Below are positions 1-15,930 of a stretch of DNA of 55,603 nucleotides, piece after piece. The notes below the pieces were generated by a model, which worked only from the letters and a program-made list of their open reading frames with translations, did no database searches and was not told the origin of the DNA. Numbering within the stretch: the first letter of the stretch is position 1; each line of letters begins with the position of its first letter. A program made the position numbers and the translations under genes. Origin of the DNA: Sterolibacterium sp. Its GTDB lineage: Bacteria; Pseudomonadota; Gammaproteobacteria; Burkholderiales; Rhodocyclaceae. Location of the stretch: NCBI GenBank assembly GCA_041665185.1, contig JBAYJH010000001.1, positions 1 through 55,603 of the forward strand, in the 5' to 3' direction.

Positions 1-89
1 AGTTTGATCTTTCGAAGCGCTGCTCGGGACCTCAATCGGTTTCACCGATGGTCTTTACTATTTAAGAATGTAATCCACAGGAGGAATGC

Positions 90-1235
90 ATGAAAAATAA
101 GACTTTGTTTCTAGCGCTGGGGTTGGCCGCGGTTGCCAGCCTGGCAAGGGCCGACATCAACGTGGGCGTGCTGGTATCGGCGACCGGCCCGGCGGCGTCG
201 CTGGGTATCCCGGAGAAGAATACTTTTGCCCTGATGCCGACCACGATTGCCGGCCAGAAGATCAACTATATCGTTCTCGACGATGCCTCGGATACCACCA
301 AGGCGGTCACCAACACCAAGAAGCTCATCAGCGAGGACAAGGTCGACGCCATACTCGGATCGACGATTACTCCCAACTCCCTGGCGATGATCGACGTGGT
401 TGTGGAGGCGGAAACGCCCATGATCTCGATGTCCGCTTCGGCAAAGATTATCGATCCGGCGAGCCCCAAAACCCGCTGGGTCTTCAAGACGCCGCAGAAC
501 GACGCCCAGATGGCGGTAGCGATCATCGGGCACATGAGCAAGGCAGGAATCAAGACGGTGGCCTTCATCGGTTTCTCGGACGCCTACGGGGAAGGCTGGT
601 GGGGCGAGTTCTCCAAGGCGGCCGAAGCCCGCGGGATCAAGGTCGTGGCCAATGAACGGTATAACCGCAGCGATACTTCGGTGACCGGGCAGGTACTCAA
701 ACTGATGTCGGCGAACCCTGAGGCAGTCTTGATCGCCGGCTCGGGAACGCCAGCCGCGCTGCCGCAATCGACTCTCAAGGACCGAGGCTATAAGGGCCAT
801 ATCTATCAAACCCACGGTGTGGCCAACAACGACTTTCTGCGCGTCGGCGGCAAGAGCGTGGAGGGGACGATACTACCGGCGGGGCCGGTCTTGGTGGCGG
901 ATCAATTGCCGGACAGCAATCCGTTGAAGAAGTCCGCTTTAACCTATGTTCATAAATACGAAGCCGCTTACGGTGCCGGCAGTGTTTCCACCTTTGGCGC
1001 GCATGCCTGGGATGCGGGGTTGTTGCTGGCTAATGCCATTCCGGCCGCTTTGAAAAAAGGCAATCCCGGCAGCAAGGAGTTCCGTGCCGCGCTGCGTGAT
1101 GCGCTGGAAACCACCAAGGAACTCGCCGGTGCCCATGGCGTATTCAACATGAGTCCGCAGGACCATCTCGGTTTCGACCAACGTGCCCGCGTCATGGTCC
1201 AGATCAAGGATGGCAAGTGGAAACTTGAACAGTGA
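90..1235 (+). CDS. Branched-chain amino acid ABC transporter, periplasmic substrate-binding protein (LivJ/LivK family)
   Basis: 381-aa ORF preceded by an AGGAGG RBS. N-terminal signal peptide MKNKTLFLALGLAAVASLARA. Followed by LivH/M/G/F-type genes. Confidence 0.9.
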   Translation: MKNKTLFLALGLAAVASLARADINVGVLVSATGPAASLGIPEKNTFALMPTTIAGQKINYIVLDDASDTTKAVTNTKKLISEDKVDAILGSTITPNSLAMIDVVVEAETPMISMSASAKIIDPASPKTRWVFKTPQNDAQMAVAIIGHMSKAGIKTVAFIGFSDAYGEGWWGEFSKAAEARGIKVVANERYNRSDTSVTGQVLKLMSANPEAVLIAGSGTPAALPQSTLKDRGYKGHIYQTHGVANNDFLRVGGKSVEGTILPAGPVLVADQLPDSNPLKKSALTYVHKYEAAYGAGSVSTFGAHAWDAGLLLANAIPAALKKGNPGSKEFRAALRDALETTKELAGAHGVFNMSPQDHLGFDQRARVMVQIKDGKWKLEQ

Positions 1236-1283
1236 TGTCCAAAAAGAATCGCTGATTGATATCTTGACTCACTGATCGACCCC

Positions 1284-1320
1284 CAAAGGCGCCTCGCTAT
1301 TTCAGGGCGCCTTTGGTTTT
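1284..1320 (+). terminator. Hairpin plus T-tract between the binding-protein gene and the permease genes (possible partial terminator)
   Basis: caaaggcgcc (1284-1293) pairs with ggcgcctttg (1306-1315) around a 12-nt loop, then gtttt. Confidence 0.5.
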
Positions 1321-1335
1321 CTGAAAGCCTGCGGC

Positions 1336-2373
1336 ATGGATTTGCAAATCGCGCTCCTGTTAGGACAGGACGGAATCACCAACGGCGCCATCTACGCATT
1401 GCTAGCGCTGGCGTTGGTGTTGATTTTTGCGGTGACCCGCGTCATCTACATTCCGCAAGGAGAGTTCGTGGCCTTCGGCGCCTTGACCCTGGCCAGCCTC
1501 CAGGCCGGCAAGACGCCGGGTACCTTGTGGTTGTTGCTTGGCGCGGGATTCGCCATAGCCCTGATCGATTGCGCCCTGGCCTTGCATGCCGGGGCTTTGC
1601 GTCGCCTGCCGAGGATATTGCTGTGGAATCTCGGTTATCCGCTAGCCGCCGCCGCCGCCGTATATTTGATCAAGCCGGCCGAGTTGCCGATGGTGGTTCA
1701 GATATTGTTGTCGCTGGCGCTGGTGGTCCCGCTCGGGCCGATGATTTACCGGCTAGCCTACCAGCCGCTGGCCGAAGCCTCGGTGCTGGTTTTGCTGATA
1801 GTTTCGGTGGCGGTGCACCTGGCCCTGGTGGGTCTCGGTTTGCTGTTTTTCGGCGCCGAAGGTTCGCGTACCCCAGCCTTCAGCGATGCCTCGTTTGAAC
1901 TGGGCAGCATCCATGTAACCGGTCAGACGCTGTGGGTGCTGGTTTCAAGCGTGTTGCTGATTGTCGCCCTGTATCTGTTTTTTGATCGCACTCTGTATGG
2001 GAAGGCCTTGCGGGCCACCGCCATCAATCGGGTGGGGGCGCGGTTGATGGGCATATCGACGGTCATGGCGGGCAAGCTGTCGTTTCTGTTGGCGGCCTTG
2101 ATCGGCGCTTTTTCCGGCATCCTGATCGCACCGATCACCACGATTTATTATGACACAGGGTTTTTGATCGGCTTGAAGGGCTTCGTCGGCGCCATCGTCG
2201 GCGGCCTGGCGAGTTATCCGATTGCGGCCGCCGGGGCGATACTGGTCGGGCTGCTCGAGTCATATTCCTCATTCTGGGCCAGTGCGTTCAAGGAGGTGAT
2301 CGTATTTACCCTGATCATTCCGGTGCTGGTGTGGCGCTCTTTGACGACTCATCACGTCGAGGAGGAAGAATGA
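1336..2373 (+). CDS. livH: Branched-chain amino acid ABC transporter permease (LivH family)
   Basis: 345-aa polytopic membrane ORF with LivH-like sequence. Its stop overlaps the next gene start. Confidence 0.9.
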   Translation: MDLQIALLLGQDGITNGAIYALLALALVLIFAVTRVIYIPQGEFVAFGALTLASLQAGKTPGTLWLLLGAGFAIALIDCALALHAGALRRLPRILLWNLGYPLAAAAAVYLIKPAELPMVVQILLSLALVVPLGPMIYRLAYQPLAEASVLVLLIVSVAVHLALVGLGLLFFGAEGSRTPAFSDASFELGSIHVTGQTLWVLVSSVLLIVALYLFFDRTLYGKALRATAINRVGARLMGISTVMAGKLSFLLAALIGAFSGILIAPITTIYYDTGFLIGLKGFVGAIVGGLASYPIAAAGAILVGLLESYSSFWASAFKEVIVFTLIIPVLVWRSLTTHHVEEEE

Positions 2374-4172
2374 TGAGGCGCCAGACCGTCATCCTCGCCG
2401 GCTTTCTGGTTGTGCTGGCACTGGTTCCGGCGCTGTTGCCGGAGTTTTATGTGACGTTGCTCAACTATATCGGCCTGTACGCGATAGTGGCACTCGGCCT
2501 GGTATTGCTCACCGGCGTCGGCGGGTTGACGTCGTTCGGTCAGGCGGCGTTTGTCGGTCTCGGCGCCTACACAACTGCCTATCTGACCACGACGAGTGAT
2601 TTGCCCGGGTGGCTGGCGATGTTTGGTGCTTCGCCCTGGCTGGCGCTAATCGCTGGGTTAGCGCTTACTGCGGTGGTAGCCTTTGTTCTAGGGGCCCTGA
2701 CGCTCCGTCTCTCGGGTCATTATTTGCCCCTGGGGACGATTGCGTGGGGCATCAGCCTGTACTTTTTGTTCGGCAATATCGAACAACTCGGCGGACACAC
2801 CGGCATCACCGGAATACCTTCACTGTCGGTATTTGGGCTCGAAGTGAAGTTCGGCCGTGAATTCTATTACCTCATTTGGGTGTTATTGCTGCTGGCGGTC
2901 TGGCTGACGCAGAATCTCCTTGATTCACGCGAGGGTCGGGCGATCCGCGCCCTCAAGGGGGGATCGCTGATGGCCGAGGCTATGGGTGTGGATACGGCAC
3001 GCTCGAAGACTGTGATCTTCCTGATTGCCGCGTTGTATGCCTGTCTATCCGGTTGGCTTTATGCCCATCTACAGCGCTTCGTCAATCCGACGCCGTTTGG
3101 ATTGCACATCGGCATCGAATACCTGTTTATGGCGGTACTGGGGGGAGCCGCTCACGTTTGGGGTGCGCTGCTCGGCGCCGGTGTCATTACCATCCTCAAG
3201 CAATGGCTCCAGGATTTGCTACCGAAACTATTCGGTAGCAGCGGGAACTTTGAAATGATCGTCTTCGGTTTGATGATGATAGTGATGTTGCAACGTGCTC
3301 GCGACGGACTGTGGCCGATATTGGTCCGGCTTGTTTCGATCAACGGCGAAAGCGGTCAAGTTGCGGCAGTGCCGCAGGCTGAACCGCTCGCAAAGAAGGC
3401 GCCCCCGCAAGTTGGCACCCGGTTACTGGAGGTCAGGGATGTCGTAAAGAAATTTGGCGGTCTGGTGGCCTGCAACAACATGAAGCTGTCGGTGCAGGCG
3501 GGCGAGGTGCTCGCGCTGATTGGACCCAATGGGGCGGGAAAGAGCACGATGTTCAACTGCATTTCGGGAGTGGACCCGGTTAGTTCGGGGGAAATCCATT
3601 TTCTGGGTGAGCGGGTCGATCAACTGAATTCGCGTGACATTGCCCGCCGCGGCATGAGCAGGACTTTTCAGCATGTGCGTCTATTGCCGACCATGAGCGT
3701 ATTGGAAAACGTCGCCATTGGCGCTCACTTGCGCGGCAAGAAAGGGGTGATCCCCGCATTGCTGCATCTGGACCGTGCCGAGGAACGGCGCTTGATGGCG
3801 GAGGCGGCCAGGCAGATCGAGCGTGTCGGCCTCAAGGGGCACATGTTCGACCAGGCAGGCAGCCTGGCCCTGGGCCAACAGCGAATTCTGGAGATAGCGC
3901 GGGCATTGGCGGCCGACCCCAGCCTGCTGCTGCTGGATGAGCCGGCTGCGGGATTGCGTTATCTGGAGAAGCAGGCACTCGCGGAGCTGCTGCGACGATT
4001 GCGTGCCGAGGGGATGGGTATCCTGCTGGTGGAGCATGATGTCGAATTCGTCATGGGGCTGGCGGATCGTGTGGTGGTGATGGAGTTCGGCGAGAAAATC
4101 GCCGAAGGCTTGCCGGAGCAGGTGCGGCAAGATCCCGTGGTACTGGAAGCCTATCTCGGGGGAGTGGCATGA
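2370..4172 (+). CDS. Fused LivM-type permease / LivG-type ATPase
   Basis: N-terminal membrane domain followed by an ABC ATPase (Walker [10 protein letters not shown], signature LALGQQR, Walker B LLLLDEP). Start taken at ATG 2370 after GAGGAGG rather than the ORF-track start 2331. Confidence 0.88.
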   Translation: MMRRQTVILAGFLVVLALVPALLPEFYVTLLNYIGLYAIVALGLVLLTGVGGLTSFGQAAFVGLGAYTTAYLTTTSDLPGWLAMFGASPWLALIAGLALTAVVAFVLGALTLRLSGHYLPLGTIAWGISLYFLFGNIEQLGGHTGITGIPSLSVFGLEVKFGREFYYLIWVLLLLAVWLTQNLLDSREGRAIRALKGGSLMAEAMGVDTARSKTVIFLIAALYACLSGWLYAHLQRFVNPTPFGLHIGIEYLFMAVLGGAAHVWGALLGAGVITILKQWLQDLLPKLFGSSGNFEMIVFGLMMIVMLQRARDGLWPILVRLVSINGESGQVAAVPQAEPLAKKAPPQVGTRLLEVRDVVKKFGGLVACNNMKLSVQAGEVLALIGPNGAGKSTMFNCISGVDPVSSGEIHFLGERVDQLNSRDIARRGMSRTFQHVRLLPTMSVLENVAIGAHLRGKKGVIPALLHLDRAEERRLMAEAARQIERVGLKGHMFDQAGSLALGQQRILEIARALAADPSLLLLDEPAAGLRYLEKQALAELLRRLRAEGMGILLVEHDVEFVMGLADRVVVMEFGEKIAEGLPEQVRQDPVVLEAYLGGVA

Positions 4173-4933
4173 ACGGCGCATCGATACCGCCGCCTGGCGG
4201 AGCACCCGCGGTACTCGAGGTCGACGACCTGTGCGTTTCCTACGGCAAGGTCGAGGCGCTGCACCAAGTCGGGATCAGGGTTGAGCCGGGCCAGATCGTC
4301 ACCGTGATCGGCCCGAATGGCGCGGGCAAGACCACCATGCTTGGGGCCATCATGGGCTTGCTGGGGCGGAGTCGCGGGGAAGTGAAATTTTTCGGCGAAT
4401 CGCTGGCGGAAATCGAAGTCGAAAAGATGGTGGCGCGAGGCATGAATCTGGTGCCGGAAAAGCGCGAACTATTCGGCGAGATGAGCGTCGAGGACAATCT
4501 GTTGCTGGGGGCTTTCATGCGCCATCGCCTGGGCCACCGCGACCAGCGTCAAACCATGGAACAGGTTTATCAGATATTTCCTCGCTTGAAGGAGCGCCAC
4601 GACCAACAGGCTGCCACGCTATCGGGTGGAGAGCGGCAAATGCTGGCAGTAGGCCGGGCCTTAATGGCCAAACCCCGGTTGTTGCTGCTGGATGAACCCA
4701 GCCTCGGCCTGGCACCTTTGATAGTGCGGGAAATATTCCGGATCATTGCCGATTTGAAGAAGAGCGGCGTTTCCATCCTTCTGGTCGAACAGAATGCCCG
4801 TGCCGCGCTCCAGGTCGCGGACTATGCCTATGTTCTCGAAACCGGCGAAATTGCCCTCGAAGGGCCGGCGGCGGAATTGGCAGACAATCAAAAGGTGATC
4901 GAAAGTTATCTGGGTCTCGGCGGCAAGAAGTGA
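4169..4933 (+). CDS. livF: Branched-chain amino acid ABC transporter ATP-binding protein (LivF family)
   Basis: 254 aa with Walker A GPNGAGKTT, signature LSGGERQ and Walker [12 protein letters not shown] overlap with the upstream gene. Confidence 0.9.
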   Translation: MNGASIPPPGGAPAVLEVDDLCVSYGKVEALHQVGIRVEPGQIVTVIGPNGAGKTTMLGAIMGLLGRSRGEVKFFGESLAEIEVEKMVARGMNLVPEKRELFGEMSVEDNLLLGAFMRHRLGHRDQRQTMEQVYQIFPRLKERHDQQAATLSGGERQMLAVGRALMAKPRLLLLDEPSLGLAPLIVREIFRIIADLKKSGVSILLVEQNARAALQVADYAYVLETGEIALEGPAAELADNQKVIESYLGLGGKK

Positions 4934-4937
4934 CCAT

Positions 4938-4953
4938 TGTTTCACGTGAAACT
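4938..4953. other. parS: parS centromere-like site, copy 1 (TGTTTCACGTGAAACT)
   Basis: 15/16 match to the chromosomal parS consensus tGTTnCACGTGAAACa. Lies about 2.7 kb upstream of parAB. Confidence 0.85.
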
Positions 4954-4979
4954 GGGGTGCGTCCGCGTGAACGCACCCC

Positions 4980-4995
4980 AGTTTCACGTGAAACA
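4980..4995. other. parS: parS centromere-like site, copy 2 (AGTTTCACGTGAAACA)
   Basis: 15/16 match to the parS consensus. It is the inverted partner of copy 1. Confidence 0.85.
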
Positions 4996-5053
4996 ATTCA
5001 GTTTTCCGAAGCACAAGGGTATGATTGCGCCTCTTTTTACTTGTCGTGGCCAA

Positions 5054-6955
5054 ATGCTGTTTCCTACCCGCTTCGATGTCATCGTTATTGGCGGCGGCCA
5101 TGCCGGTACCGAGGCGGCGCTTGCCGCCGCCCGTGCCGGGGCGAGCACACTGTTGCTGACACACAACATCGAAACCCTGGGCCAGATGTCGTGCAATCCG
5201 TCCATCGGAGGCATAGGTAAAGGCCATTTGGTGAAGGAAGTCGACGCGCTGGGCGGTGCCATGGCCGCTGCCGCTGACGAGGCGGGGATCCAGTTCCGCA
5301 TCCTGAATTCCAGCAAAGGTCCGGCAGTCCGCGCAACCCGCGCCCAAGTCGACCGAATTCTGTACAAGGCGGCTATCCGCCGCCGGCTCGAAAACCAGCC
5401 CAACCTGACTGTATTCCAGCAGGCCGCCGATGACTTGACGCTTGAGGGCGACCGGGTCACCGGAGTTGTCACCCAGCTTGGGGTTCGTTTCGCAGCGACG
5501 ACCGTAGTGTTGACCGCGGGGACTTTTCTCGGCGGCTTGGTTCATGTCGGATTGACGAACTATCAGGCCGGCCGCGCCGGCGATCCGCCTTCCCTCTCCT
5601 TGGCGCACCGCTTGCGCGAACTAAAGCTGCCGGTCGGCCGTCTCAAGACCGGGACGCCCCCTCGCCTGGATGGCCGCAGCATCGACTATTCGTTGTTGAG
5701 GATTCAGCCCGGCGATGATCCCGCTCCGGTGTTTTCATTTCTCGGCAACCGCGGACAACACCCCCGGCAAGTGCCTTGCTGGATTACGCATACCAATGTC
5801 CATACTCATGACATCATCCGCAACGGGCTCGACCGTTCCCCGATGTTTACTGGAGTGATTGAAGGCGTTGGTCCGCGTTACTGTCCGTCGATCGAAGACA
5901 AAATTCATCGCTTTGCCGGCAAGGACAGCCATCAGATCTTTCTTGAGCCGGAAGGCCTGGATACCCATGAGGTCTATCCACAGGGAATCTCCACCAGCCT
6001 GCCTTTCGATGTGCAACTGGCGTTGGTCCGCAGCATGCACGGGCTCGAAAATGCCCATATCCTGAGACCCGGTTATGCCATCGAATATGACTATTTCGAT
6101 CCGCGCGGACTCAAGTCGTCGCTTGAGACCAAGGCTGTCGCCGGCCTGTTTTTTGCCGGCCAAATCAATGGCACAACCGGCTATGAGGAGGCCGCGGCGC
6201 AGGGGTTACTGGCCGGCATCAATGCGGCATTGCAGGTCCAGGGCAGGTCTCCTTGGTGTCCGCGACGTGATCAGGCTTACCTTGGGGTATTGGTGGATGA
6301 CCTGATTACTCAAGGTGTGTCAGAGCCTTATCGGATGTTTACCAGCCGAGCCGAATACCGGCTGAGCCTTCGTGAAGACAATGCCGATTTGCGCCTGACC
6401 GAAATTGGTCGTGAACTGGGACTGGTCGACGATATCCGGTGGGAGGCCTTCAGCCGCAAGCGCGATGCCATTGATGCAGAGACCGAACGCTTGAAGTCCA
6501 GCTGGATCAACCCGAAGGCCATCAATAGCGACGACGCGTTGCGTGTCTTCGGCCAACCTCTGGAAAGGGAATATCGTTTGCTGGATCTCTTGCGCCGTCC
6601 GCAGGTCAGCTATACGGCATTGCAATCATTGGTCGGCGATCAACAGGCGGGTGCCCTCGATATGGACCCGCAAGTCATCGAACAAATAGAAATTCAAGCC
6701 AAGTATCAAGGCTACATCGACCGTCAGCAGGAGGAAGTGGCAAAGAGTGAAAGTTACGAGATGCTACGTCTGCCGATTGGTTTCGATTATGCCGCTGTCC
6801 CCGGGCTATCGATCGAGGTAAGGCAAAAGCTCAGCCAGCAACAGCCCGAAACCCTAGGTCAAGCCACGCGCATTCAAGGGGTAACGCCCGCGGCGATCTC
6901 CCTGTTATTGGTCCATTTGAAGCGTCATTCGCTTTACCAGAAACGCCGCGCATGA
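5054..6955 (+). CDS. mnmG: tRNA uridine-5-carboxymethylaminomethyl modification enzyme MnmG (GidA)
   Basis: N-terminal FAD fold [16 protein letters not shown] and MnmG-like sequence throughout. Start at ATG 5054 (MLFPTRFDV) gives 633 aa; the ORF-track start 4937 lies inside the parS palindrome. Confidence 0.95.
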   Translation: MLFPTRFDVIVIGGGHAGTEAALAAARAGASTLLLTHNIETLGQMSCNPSIGGIGKGHLVKEVDALGGAMAAAADEAGIQFRILNSSKGPAVRATRAQVDRILYKAAIRRRLENQPNLTVFQQAADDLTLEGDRVTGVVTQLGVRFAATTVVLTAGTFLGGLVHVGLTNYQAGRAGDPPSLSLAHRLRELKLPVGRLKTGTPPRLDGRSIDYSLLRIQPGDDPAPVFSFLGNRGQHPRQVPCWITHTNVHTHDIIRNGLDRSPMFTGVIEGVGPRYCPSIEDKIHRFAGKDSHQIFLEPEGLDTHEVYPQGISTSLPFDVQLALVRSMHGLENAHILRPGYAIEYDYFDPRGLKSSLETKAVAGLFFAGQINGTTGYEEAAAQGLLAGINAALQVQGRSPWCPRRDQAYLGVLVDDLITQGVSEPYRMFTSRAEYRLSLREDNADLRLTEIGRELGLVDDIRWEAFSRKRDAIDAETERLKSSWINPKAINSDDALRVFGQPLEREYRLLDLLRRPQVSYTALQSLVGDQQAGALDMDPQVIEQIEIQAKYQGYIDRQQEEVAKSESYEMLRLPIGFDYAAVPGLSIEVRQKLSQQQPETLGQATRIQGVTPAAISLLLVHLKRHSLYQKRRA

Positions 6956-7596
6956 GCCTGACAGTCGCCGAACAGATCCACGACGGAATCCAACAACTGG
7001 GCATAGGTCTGGCGACCGGCTCGGAGGAAAAGTTCGTCACCTATCTTGGCCTCTTGGCCAAGTGGAATCGTGTCTACAATCTGACTGCGGTGCGCGACGA
7101 GAATGCCATGGTCAGCAGGCACTTGCTCGATTCCCTGGCCGTGTTGGCCTATCTCGACGCAACTTCGAACGTCCTGGGCACGCTTGCCGATGTGGGTAGC
7201 GGCGGTGGTCTGCCCGGTATCCCCCTGGCAATCGCCCGGCCGCAACTCAAAGTCGAACTGATCGAGGCTAGCCACAAGAAAGCCAGCTTCCTGCAACAGG
7301 CGAAAATCGAGCTCGAACTGAACAATGTGAGCATACACTGCGGCCGAGTGGAGTCATTCAAGCCGAAGACACACTTTGACGTGGTGATCTCTCGGGCCTT
7401 TTCCAGTCTTGCCGATTTCGTGCAACTGGCTGGGCACTTGCTGGCGCCGACAGGCTACCTGCTGGCCATGAAGGGCGTCTATCCGGAGGAGGAGATACAG
7501 CAGTTGCCACCGGGATGGAAAATGCTAGAAAGCGTCCCGCTGGTGGTACCGGAACTCAAAGCCGAGCGGGATCTCATTGTCATTGGAAAGTCGTAA
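6952..7596 (+). CDS. rsmG: 16S rRNA m7G527 methyltransferase RsmG (GidB)
   Basis: 214 aa with SAM motif [19 protein letters not shown] overlap with mnmG. Canonical gidA-gidB-parA-parB order. Confidence 0.93.
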   Translation: MSLTVAEQIHDGIQQLGIGLATGSEEKFVTYLGLLAKWNRVYNLTAVRDENAMVSRHLLDSLAVLAYLDATSNVLGTLADVGSGGGLPGIPLAIARPQLKVELIEASHKKASFLQQAKIELELNNVSIHCGRVESFKPKTHFDVVISRAFSSLADFVQLAGHLLAPTGYLLAMKGVYPEEEIQQLPPGWKMLESVPLVVPELKAERDLIVIGKS

Positions 7597-7608
7597 CAGG
7601 TACTTAAA

Positions 7609-8376
7609 ATGCATATTTTCGCCATAGCCAATCAAAAAGGCGGGGTCGGCAAGACCACCACTACGGTCAATCTTGCTGCGGCTCTCGCCGCCAGCGGGCA
7701 ACGTACGCTGCTGGTGGATCTCGATCCGCAGGGAAACGCCACCATGGGGTCGGGCGTGGATAAGCGTGGCCTGGAAAAATCGGTCTATCAAGTATTGCTC
7801 GGTCTCGCCAGTCTGGTCGAAGCAAGGACGGCTTCCCCTACCGGCAAATTCGATATCCTTCCGGCAAATCGAGATCTGGCCGGGGCAGAAGTCGAAATGG
7901 TCGAGTTGGAGCGGCGTGAAATGCGCTTGAAGGAAGCGCTCGCGTCACATGACGCCGATTATGATTTCGTCCTGATCGATTGCCCGCCGTCCCTTTCGTT
8001 GCTGACGCTGAACGGGCTGTGCGCCGCTCATGGCGTGGTGATACCCATGCAGTGTGAGTATTACGCCCTGGAAGGGCTGTCTGACCTGGTGAACACCATC
8101 AAGAAGGTGCATGCCAACCTCAACCGCGACCTGAAAATCATCGGCCTGTTACGGGTCATGTTCGATACCCGCGCAACCCTCGGCCATCAGGTATCGGCCG
8201 AGTTGGAACAGCATTTTGGCGACAAGGTCTTCAAGACTATCGTACCCCGCAACATTCGTCTTGCCGAAGCCCCCAGTTACGGTATCCCCGGGGTTCTGTT
8301 CGACAAGACGGCCAAAGGCGCGCAGGCGTATCAGGCTTTTGCCAGCGAGATGATCGAACGTGTCAAGACGATTTAG
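7609..8376 (+). CDS. parA: Chromosome partitioning ATPase ParA (Soj)
   Basis: 255 aa with the deviant Walker A NQKGGVGKTTT. Confidence 0.95.
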   Translation: MHIFAIANQKGGVGKTTTTVNLAAALAASGQRTLLVDLDPQGNATMGSGVDKRGLEKSVYQVLLGLASLVEARTASPTGKFDILPANRDLAGAEVEMVELERREMRLKEALASHDADYDFVLIDCPPSLSLLTLNGLCAAHGVVIPMQCEYYALEGLSDLVNTIKKVHANLNRDLKIIGLLRVMFDTRATLGHQVSAELEQHFGDKVFKTIVPRNIRLAEAPSYGIPGVLFDKTAKGAQAYQAFASEMIERVKTI

Positions 8377-8391
8377 AGGGACAATATCTTC

Positions 8392-9249
8392 ATGAACCCA
8401 CCCAAGCAAGTGAAGCAAAAAGGCCTTGGCCGCGGTCTTGGCGCGCTGCTCGATGCCAATACCGGTCCGGAGTCCACGCGCCAGGATACCTTGCATGTGA
8501 CCGCCTTGCAGCCGGGAAAGTACCAGCCGAGAACCCGCATGGACCAGGATTCTCTCAATGAACTGGCGGCGTCGATCAAGCTTCAAGGCGTCATGCAACC
8601 GATACTGGTACGGCCGCTGGGTGAGGGAAAATACGAGATCATCGCCGGCGAACGGCGCTGGCGGGCGGCGCAGCTGGCGGGAATGAGTGAAGTCCCGGCT
8701 TTGGTGCGGGATATCCCCGACGAAGCGGCATTGGCGATGTCGCTGATCGAGAATATTCAGCGGGAGAATCTGAATCCGCTGGAAGAGGCAGCCGGTATTC
8801 AGCGCCTGATAGACGAATTTTCCATGACCCACCAGGAGGCGGCGGATGCCGTCGGTCGTTCCCGGCCGGCAGCCAGCAACCTGCTGCGCCTGCTGCACTT
8901 GGCCAAGCCTGTGCAGGAGTGCCTGTTCTCGGGCGAACTGGACATGGGCCATGCCCGCGCATTGCTCCCCTTGGCCAAACACGACCAGGCCCGGTTAGCG
9001 GTTCAGGTGGTGCATCGAGGCCTGTCGGTTCGCGAAACCGAAAAAATGGTCCAAAAGGAGTTGAATCCGCCGGAAAACCGGGTTCCGGTTCATGCGGCGG
9101 ACCGCGACCTGATGCGGCTGGAAGAGGAGCTTGCCGACAAGATCGGTGCGCCCATCAAGGTGGTTGCCAACAAGAAGGGAATAGGTACCCTCACCATCAG
9201 GTTCAGCAGTCTCGAACAACTCGAGGGGATACTTGAACGAATTCGTTGA
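8392..9249 (+). CDS. parB: Chromosome partitioning protein ParB (Spo0J)
   Basis: 285 aa with the ParB box GERRWRAA and an HTH region. Directly follows parA. Confidence 0.95.
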   Translation: MNPPKQVKQKGLGRGLGALLDANTGPESTRQDTLHVTALQPGKYQPRTRMDQDSLNELAASIKLQGVMQPILVRPLGEGKYEIIAGERRWRAAQLAGMSEVPALVRDIPDEAALAMSLIENIQRENLNPLEEAAGIQRLIDEFSMTHQEAADAVGRSRPAASNLLRLLHLAKPVQECLFSGELDMGHARALLPLAKHDQARLAVQVVHRGLSVRETEKMVQKELNPPENRVPVHAADRDLMRLEEELADKIGAPIKVVANKKGIGTLTIRFSSLEQLEGILERIR

Positions 9250-9322
9250 TCGCCGAGCGCAATTTTGTCAGATCGGCAAAGGGATTCCTTGCCTCAGACT
9301 GACCCATTTGACGAATTTATGA

Positions 9323-9352
9323 TTGACTCAAATAATCCAGTGCGATTACAAT
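9323..9352 (+). promoter_or_regulatory. Candidate sigma70 promoter for the atp operon
   Basis: TTGACT (9323-9328), 18-nt spacer, TACAAT (9347-9352), in an AT-rich gap about 75 nt upstream of atpI. Confidence 0.4.
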
Positions 9353-9427
9353 TCACAAGTTTTGTGCAGCGCGCTACGCCTTAGGCACTTTAGCGCCGCC
9401 TAGAAAGCAACTTAATTACAGCAGGTT

Positions 9428-10640
<1,213 letters not shown>

Positions 10641-10670
10641 AAGTTTTCAATCCCGTCAATCGTCTCTTAA

Positions 10671-10979
<309 letters not shown>

Positions 10980-11016
10980 TCGGCGTCTCTCAACTGATTC
11001 CGGCTAGGGAGTAGCC

Positions 11017-11487
11017 ATGAACATCAATTTGACCCTGATCTCCCAGGCGATAGCGTTCGCGGTATTTATCTGGTTTACGGTGAAATTTGTCTGGCCGCCG
11101 ATGCTGACGGCCATCACCGAACGCCAGAAGAAGATCGAGGAAGGCCTCGCCGCGGCTGAGCGCAGCAAACAGGATCTCGAACTGGCCCAGGCCCGCTCGA
11201 CCGATACCTTGCGCGAAGCCCGCGAGAAATCAACCGAGATGATCGGTGGCGCCGAGCGCCAGGCGGCTCATATCATTGAAGAAGCGCGTGCCGAAGCCAC
11301 CAAGATCATCGGTCTGGCCCGCGTCGCCGCCGAAGGCGAGGCGACGGTTGCAGCCCAGCGCGCCAAGGAAAACCTGCGCGACCAGGTGGCCCTGCTGGCC
11401 GTCGCCGGTGCGGAGAAGATCCTGCGTCGTGAGGTGAATGCTCAGGTTCACAGCGAGCTGCTCGCCAGCTTGAAAGCGGAGCTCTGA
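11017..11487 (+). CDS. atpF: F0F1 ATP synthase subunit b
   Basis: 156 aa: one N-terminal TM helix followed by a long charged helix. Confidence 0.92.
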   Translation: MNINLTLISQAIAFAVFIWFTVKFVWPPMLTAITERQKKIEEGLAAAERSKQDLELAQARSTDTLREAREKSTEMIGGAERQAAHIIEEARAEATKIIGLARVAAEGEATVAAQRAKENLRDQVALLAVAGAEKILRREVNAQVHSELLASLKAEL

Positions 11488-11493
11488 GAAACC

Positions 11494-12030
11494 ATGGCGG
11501 AAAACGTCACCATCGCGCGGCCATATGCCGAAGCAACCTATCAATTGGCTTTGTCCAGCAATACGCTGACGGAATGGTCCGAGGTTCTGGGGCGCATGGC
11601 AGATGTCGCCGCCAATCCGGACATGCGGGAGTGCATCGGCAATCCACGCTTCCCGGCCTCCGCCCTGGCGCAGATGTTCCTTGAGGCTGTCGGCGGCGAT
11701 CTGACAGCCGACCAGAAGAGCTTCGCGCAACTGCTGGTGGAGAATCGGCGCTTGCCTGTCGTCCCGGAGATTTGCGAGCTGTATCTTGAGCTGAAGAATG
11801 CTCACGATGGGGTCAAGGATGCGCTGATTACCTCGGCCTTCCCACTCGATGGGGCGAGTCTGAAGCAATTGGTGGGCGATCTGGAACAGCGTTTCAAGTG
11901 CAAGATTCAGGCGACGGTCACTGTCGATCCGGAGTTGATCGGCGGTGCCCGAATCGCGGTTGGCGATCAAGTGATCGATGCCTCGGTGCGCGGCAAACTT
12001 GCCGCAATGAGCGTAGCGCTACAGAACTAG
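11494..12030 (+). CDS. atpH: F0F1 ATP synthase subunit delta
   Basis: 178 aa, OSCP/delta-like, between atpF and atpA. Confidence 0.9.
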   Translation: MAENVTIARPYAEATYQLALSSNTLTEWSEVLGRMADVAANPDMRECIGNPRFPASALAQMFLEAVGGDLTADQKSFAQLLVENRRLPVVPEICELYLELKNAHDGVKDALITSAFPLDGASLKQLVGDLEQRFKCKIQATVTVDPELIGGARIAVGDQVIDASVRGKLAAMSVALQN

Positions 12031-12040
12031 GAGTATTCAA

Positions 12041-13579
<1,539 letters not shown>

Positions 13580-13600
13580 GCGGACTTTCGGGAGCTGACC

Positions 13601-14470
13601 ATGGCTAGCGGCAAGGAAATTCGAACCAAGATCAAGAGCGTCCAGAATACGCGCAAGATCACCAAGGCCATGGAGATGGTCGCGGCCTCCAAGATGCGCA
13701 AGGCACAGGAGCGCATGAAGGCGGCCCGTCCTTACGGCGACAAGGTCAGGCGCATTGCTGCGAATCTGGCACAGGCCAACTCGGAGTACCACCACCCGTT
13801 TCTTGCCAAGATTGCCGACATCAAGCGTGCCGGCATGATTGTCGTGACGACCGACAAGGGACTGTGCGGCGGCCTGAACACCAACGTGTTGCGTTTGGCG
13901 CTGAACCGCTTCAAGGAATGGGAAGCAGCCGGTGTCAGTGACGTCCGCGTCGCCTGCATCGGCAACAAAGGACTCGGCTTCATGCAGCGCCTCGGCGCGA
14001 AAGTCGTGTCGAAGGTAACGGGTTTGGGCGACACGCCGCACCTGGAGAAATTGATCGGGCCGGTCAAGGTGATCCTCGATTCCTTCCAGAACGGCGAGTT
14101 GGACACGGTCTCTATCGTGTATACGCGTTTTGTGAATACCATGAAGCAGGAACCGGTGATGGAGCAGTTGTTGCCCCTCAGCGGCGAGAAACTCCGCGAC
14201 GACCAGGCCCATAGCTGGGACTACCTGTACGAGCCCGACTCGAAGGCCGTGGTGGACGAATTGCTGGTGCGCTATGTAGAGGCTTTGGTATATCAGGCAG
14301 TGGCGGAGAACATGGCTTCCGAGCAATCGGCACGAATGGTGGCGATGAAGGCGGCGTCAGACAACGCCGGAAGCGTGATCAATGAGCTGCAACTGGTCTA
14401 CAACAAGACCCGCCAGGCTGCGATCACCAAGGAACTTGCAGAAATTGTCGGCGGCGCGGCCGCCGTTTAA
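13601..14470 (+). CDS. atpG: F0F1 ATP synthase subunit gamma
   Basis: 289 aa with N-terminal [31 protein letters not shown]. Confidence 0.96.
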   Translation: MASGKEIRTKIKSVQNTRKITKAMEMVAASKMRKAQERMKAARPYGDKVRRIAANLAQANSEYHHPFLAKIADIKRAGMIVVTTDKGLCGGLNTNVLRLALNRFKEWEAAGVSDVRVACIGNKGLGFMQRLGAKVVSKVTGLGDTPHLEKLIGPVKVILDSFQNGELDTVSIVYTRFVNTMKQEPVMEQLLPLSGEKLRDDQAHSWDYLYEPDSKAVVDELLVRYVEALVYQAVAENMASEQSARMVAMKAASDNAGSVINELQLVYNKTRQAAITKELAEIVGGAAAV

Positions 14471-14495
14471 CGAATTTATTGTTTGGGGAATGACG

Positions 14496-15874
<1,379 letters not shown>

Positions 15875-15930
15875 TTCGTCACGATTGACGACGAAGAACT
15901 CATCGATCCTGCAGTTAGTGAGGTAATAGC

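Larger units (their letters stand above)
4938..4995. repeat. Perfect 25-bp inverted repeat with an 8-nt centre (58-bp palindrome) containing both parS sites
   Basis: tgtttcacgtgaaactggggtgcgt / ccgcgtga / acgcaccccagtttcacgtgaaaca. Starts 5 nt after the livF stop. Confidence 0.95.

Noticed and set aside
71-79. TAATCCACA, a one-mismatch DnaA box near the window start, which with the gidA neighbourhood could hint at oriC.
   Set aside because: It is a single box overlapping the liv RBS region. There is no cluster of boxes and no AT-rich unwinding element, and the mnmG upstream gap is only about 120 bp, filled by the parS palindrome.
4937-5053. N-terminal extension of mnmG from the ORF-track start. 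Similar extensions apply to the OMF gene (21190), fmt (50643), ubiE (26139), ubiJ-like (24361), HIT (29567), phoB (26516) and others.
   Set aside because: The extensions overlap upstream genes or regulatory DNA and lack family-like sequence. Internal ATGs with an RBS or stop/start coupling give protein lengths typical of each family.
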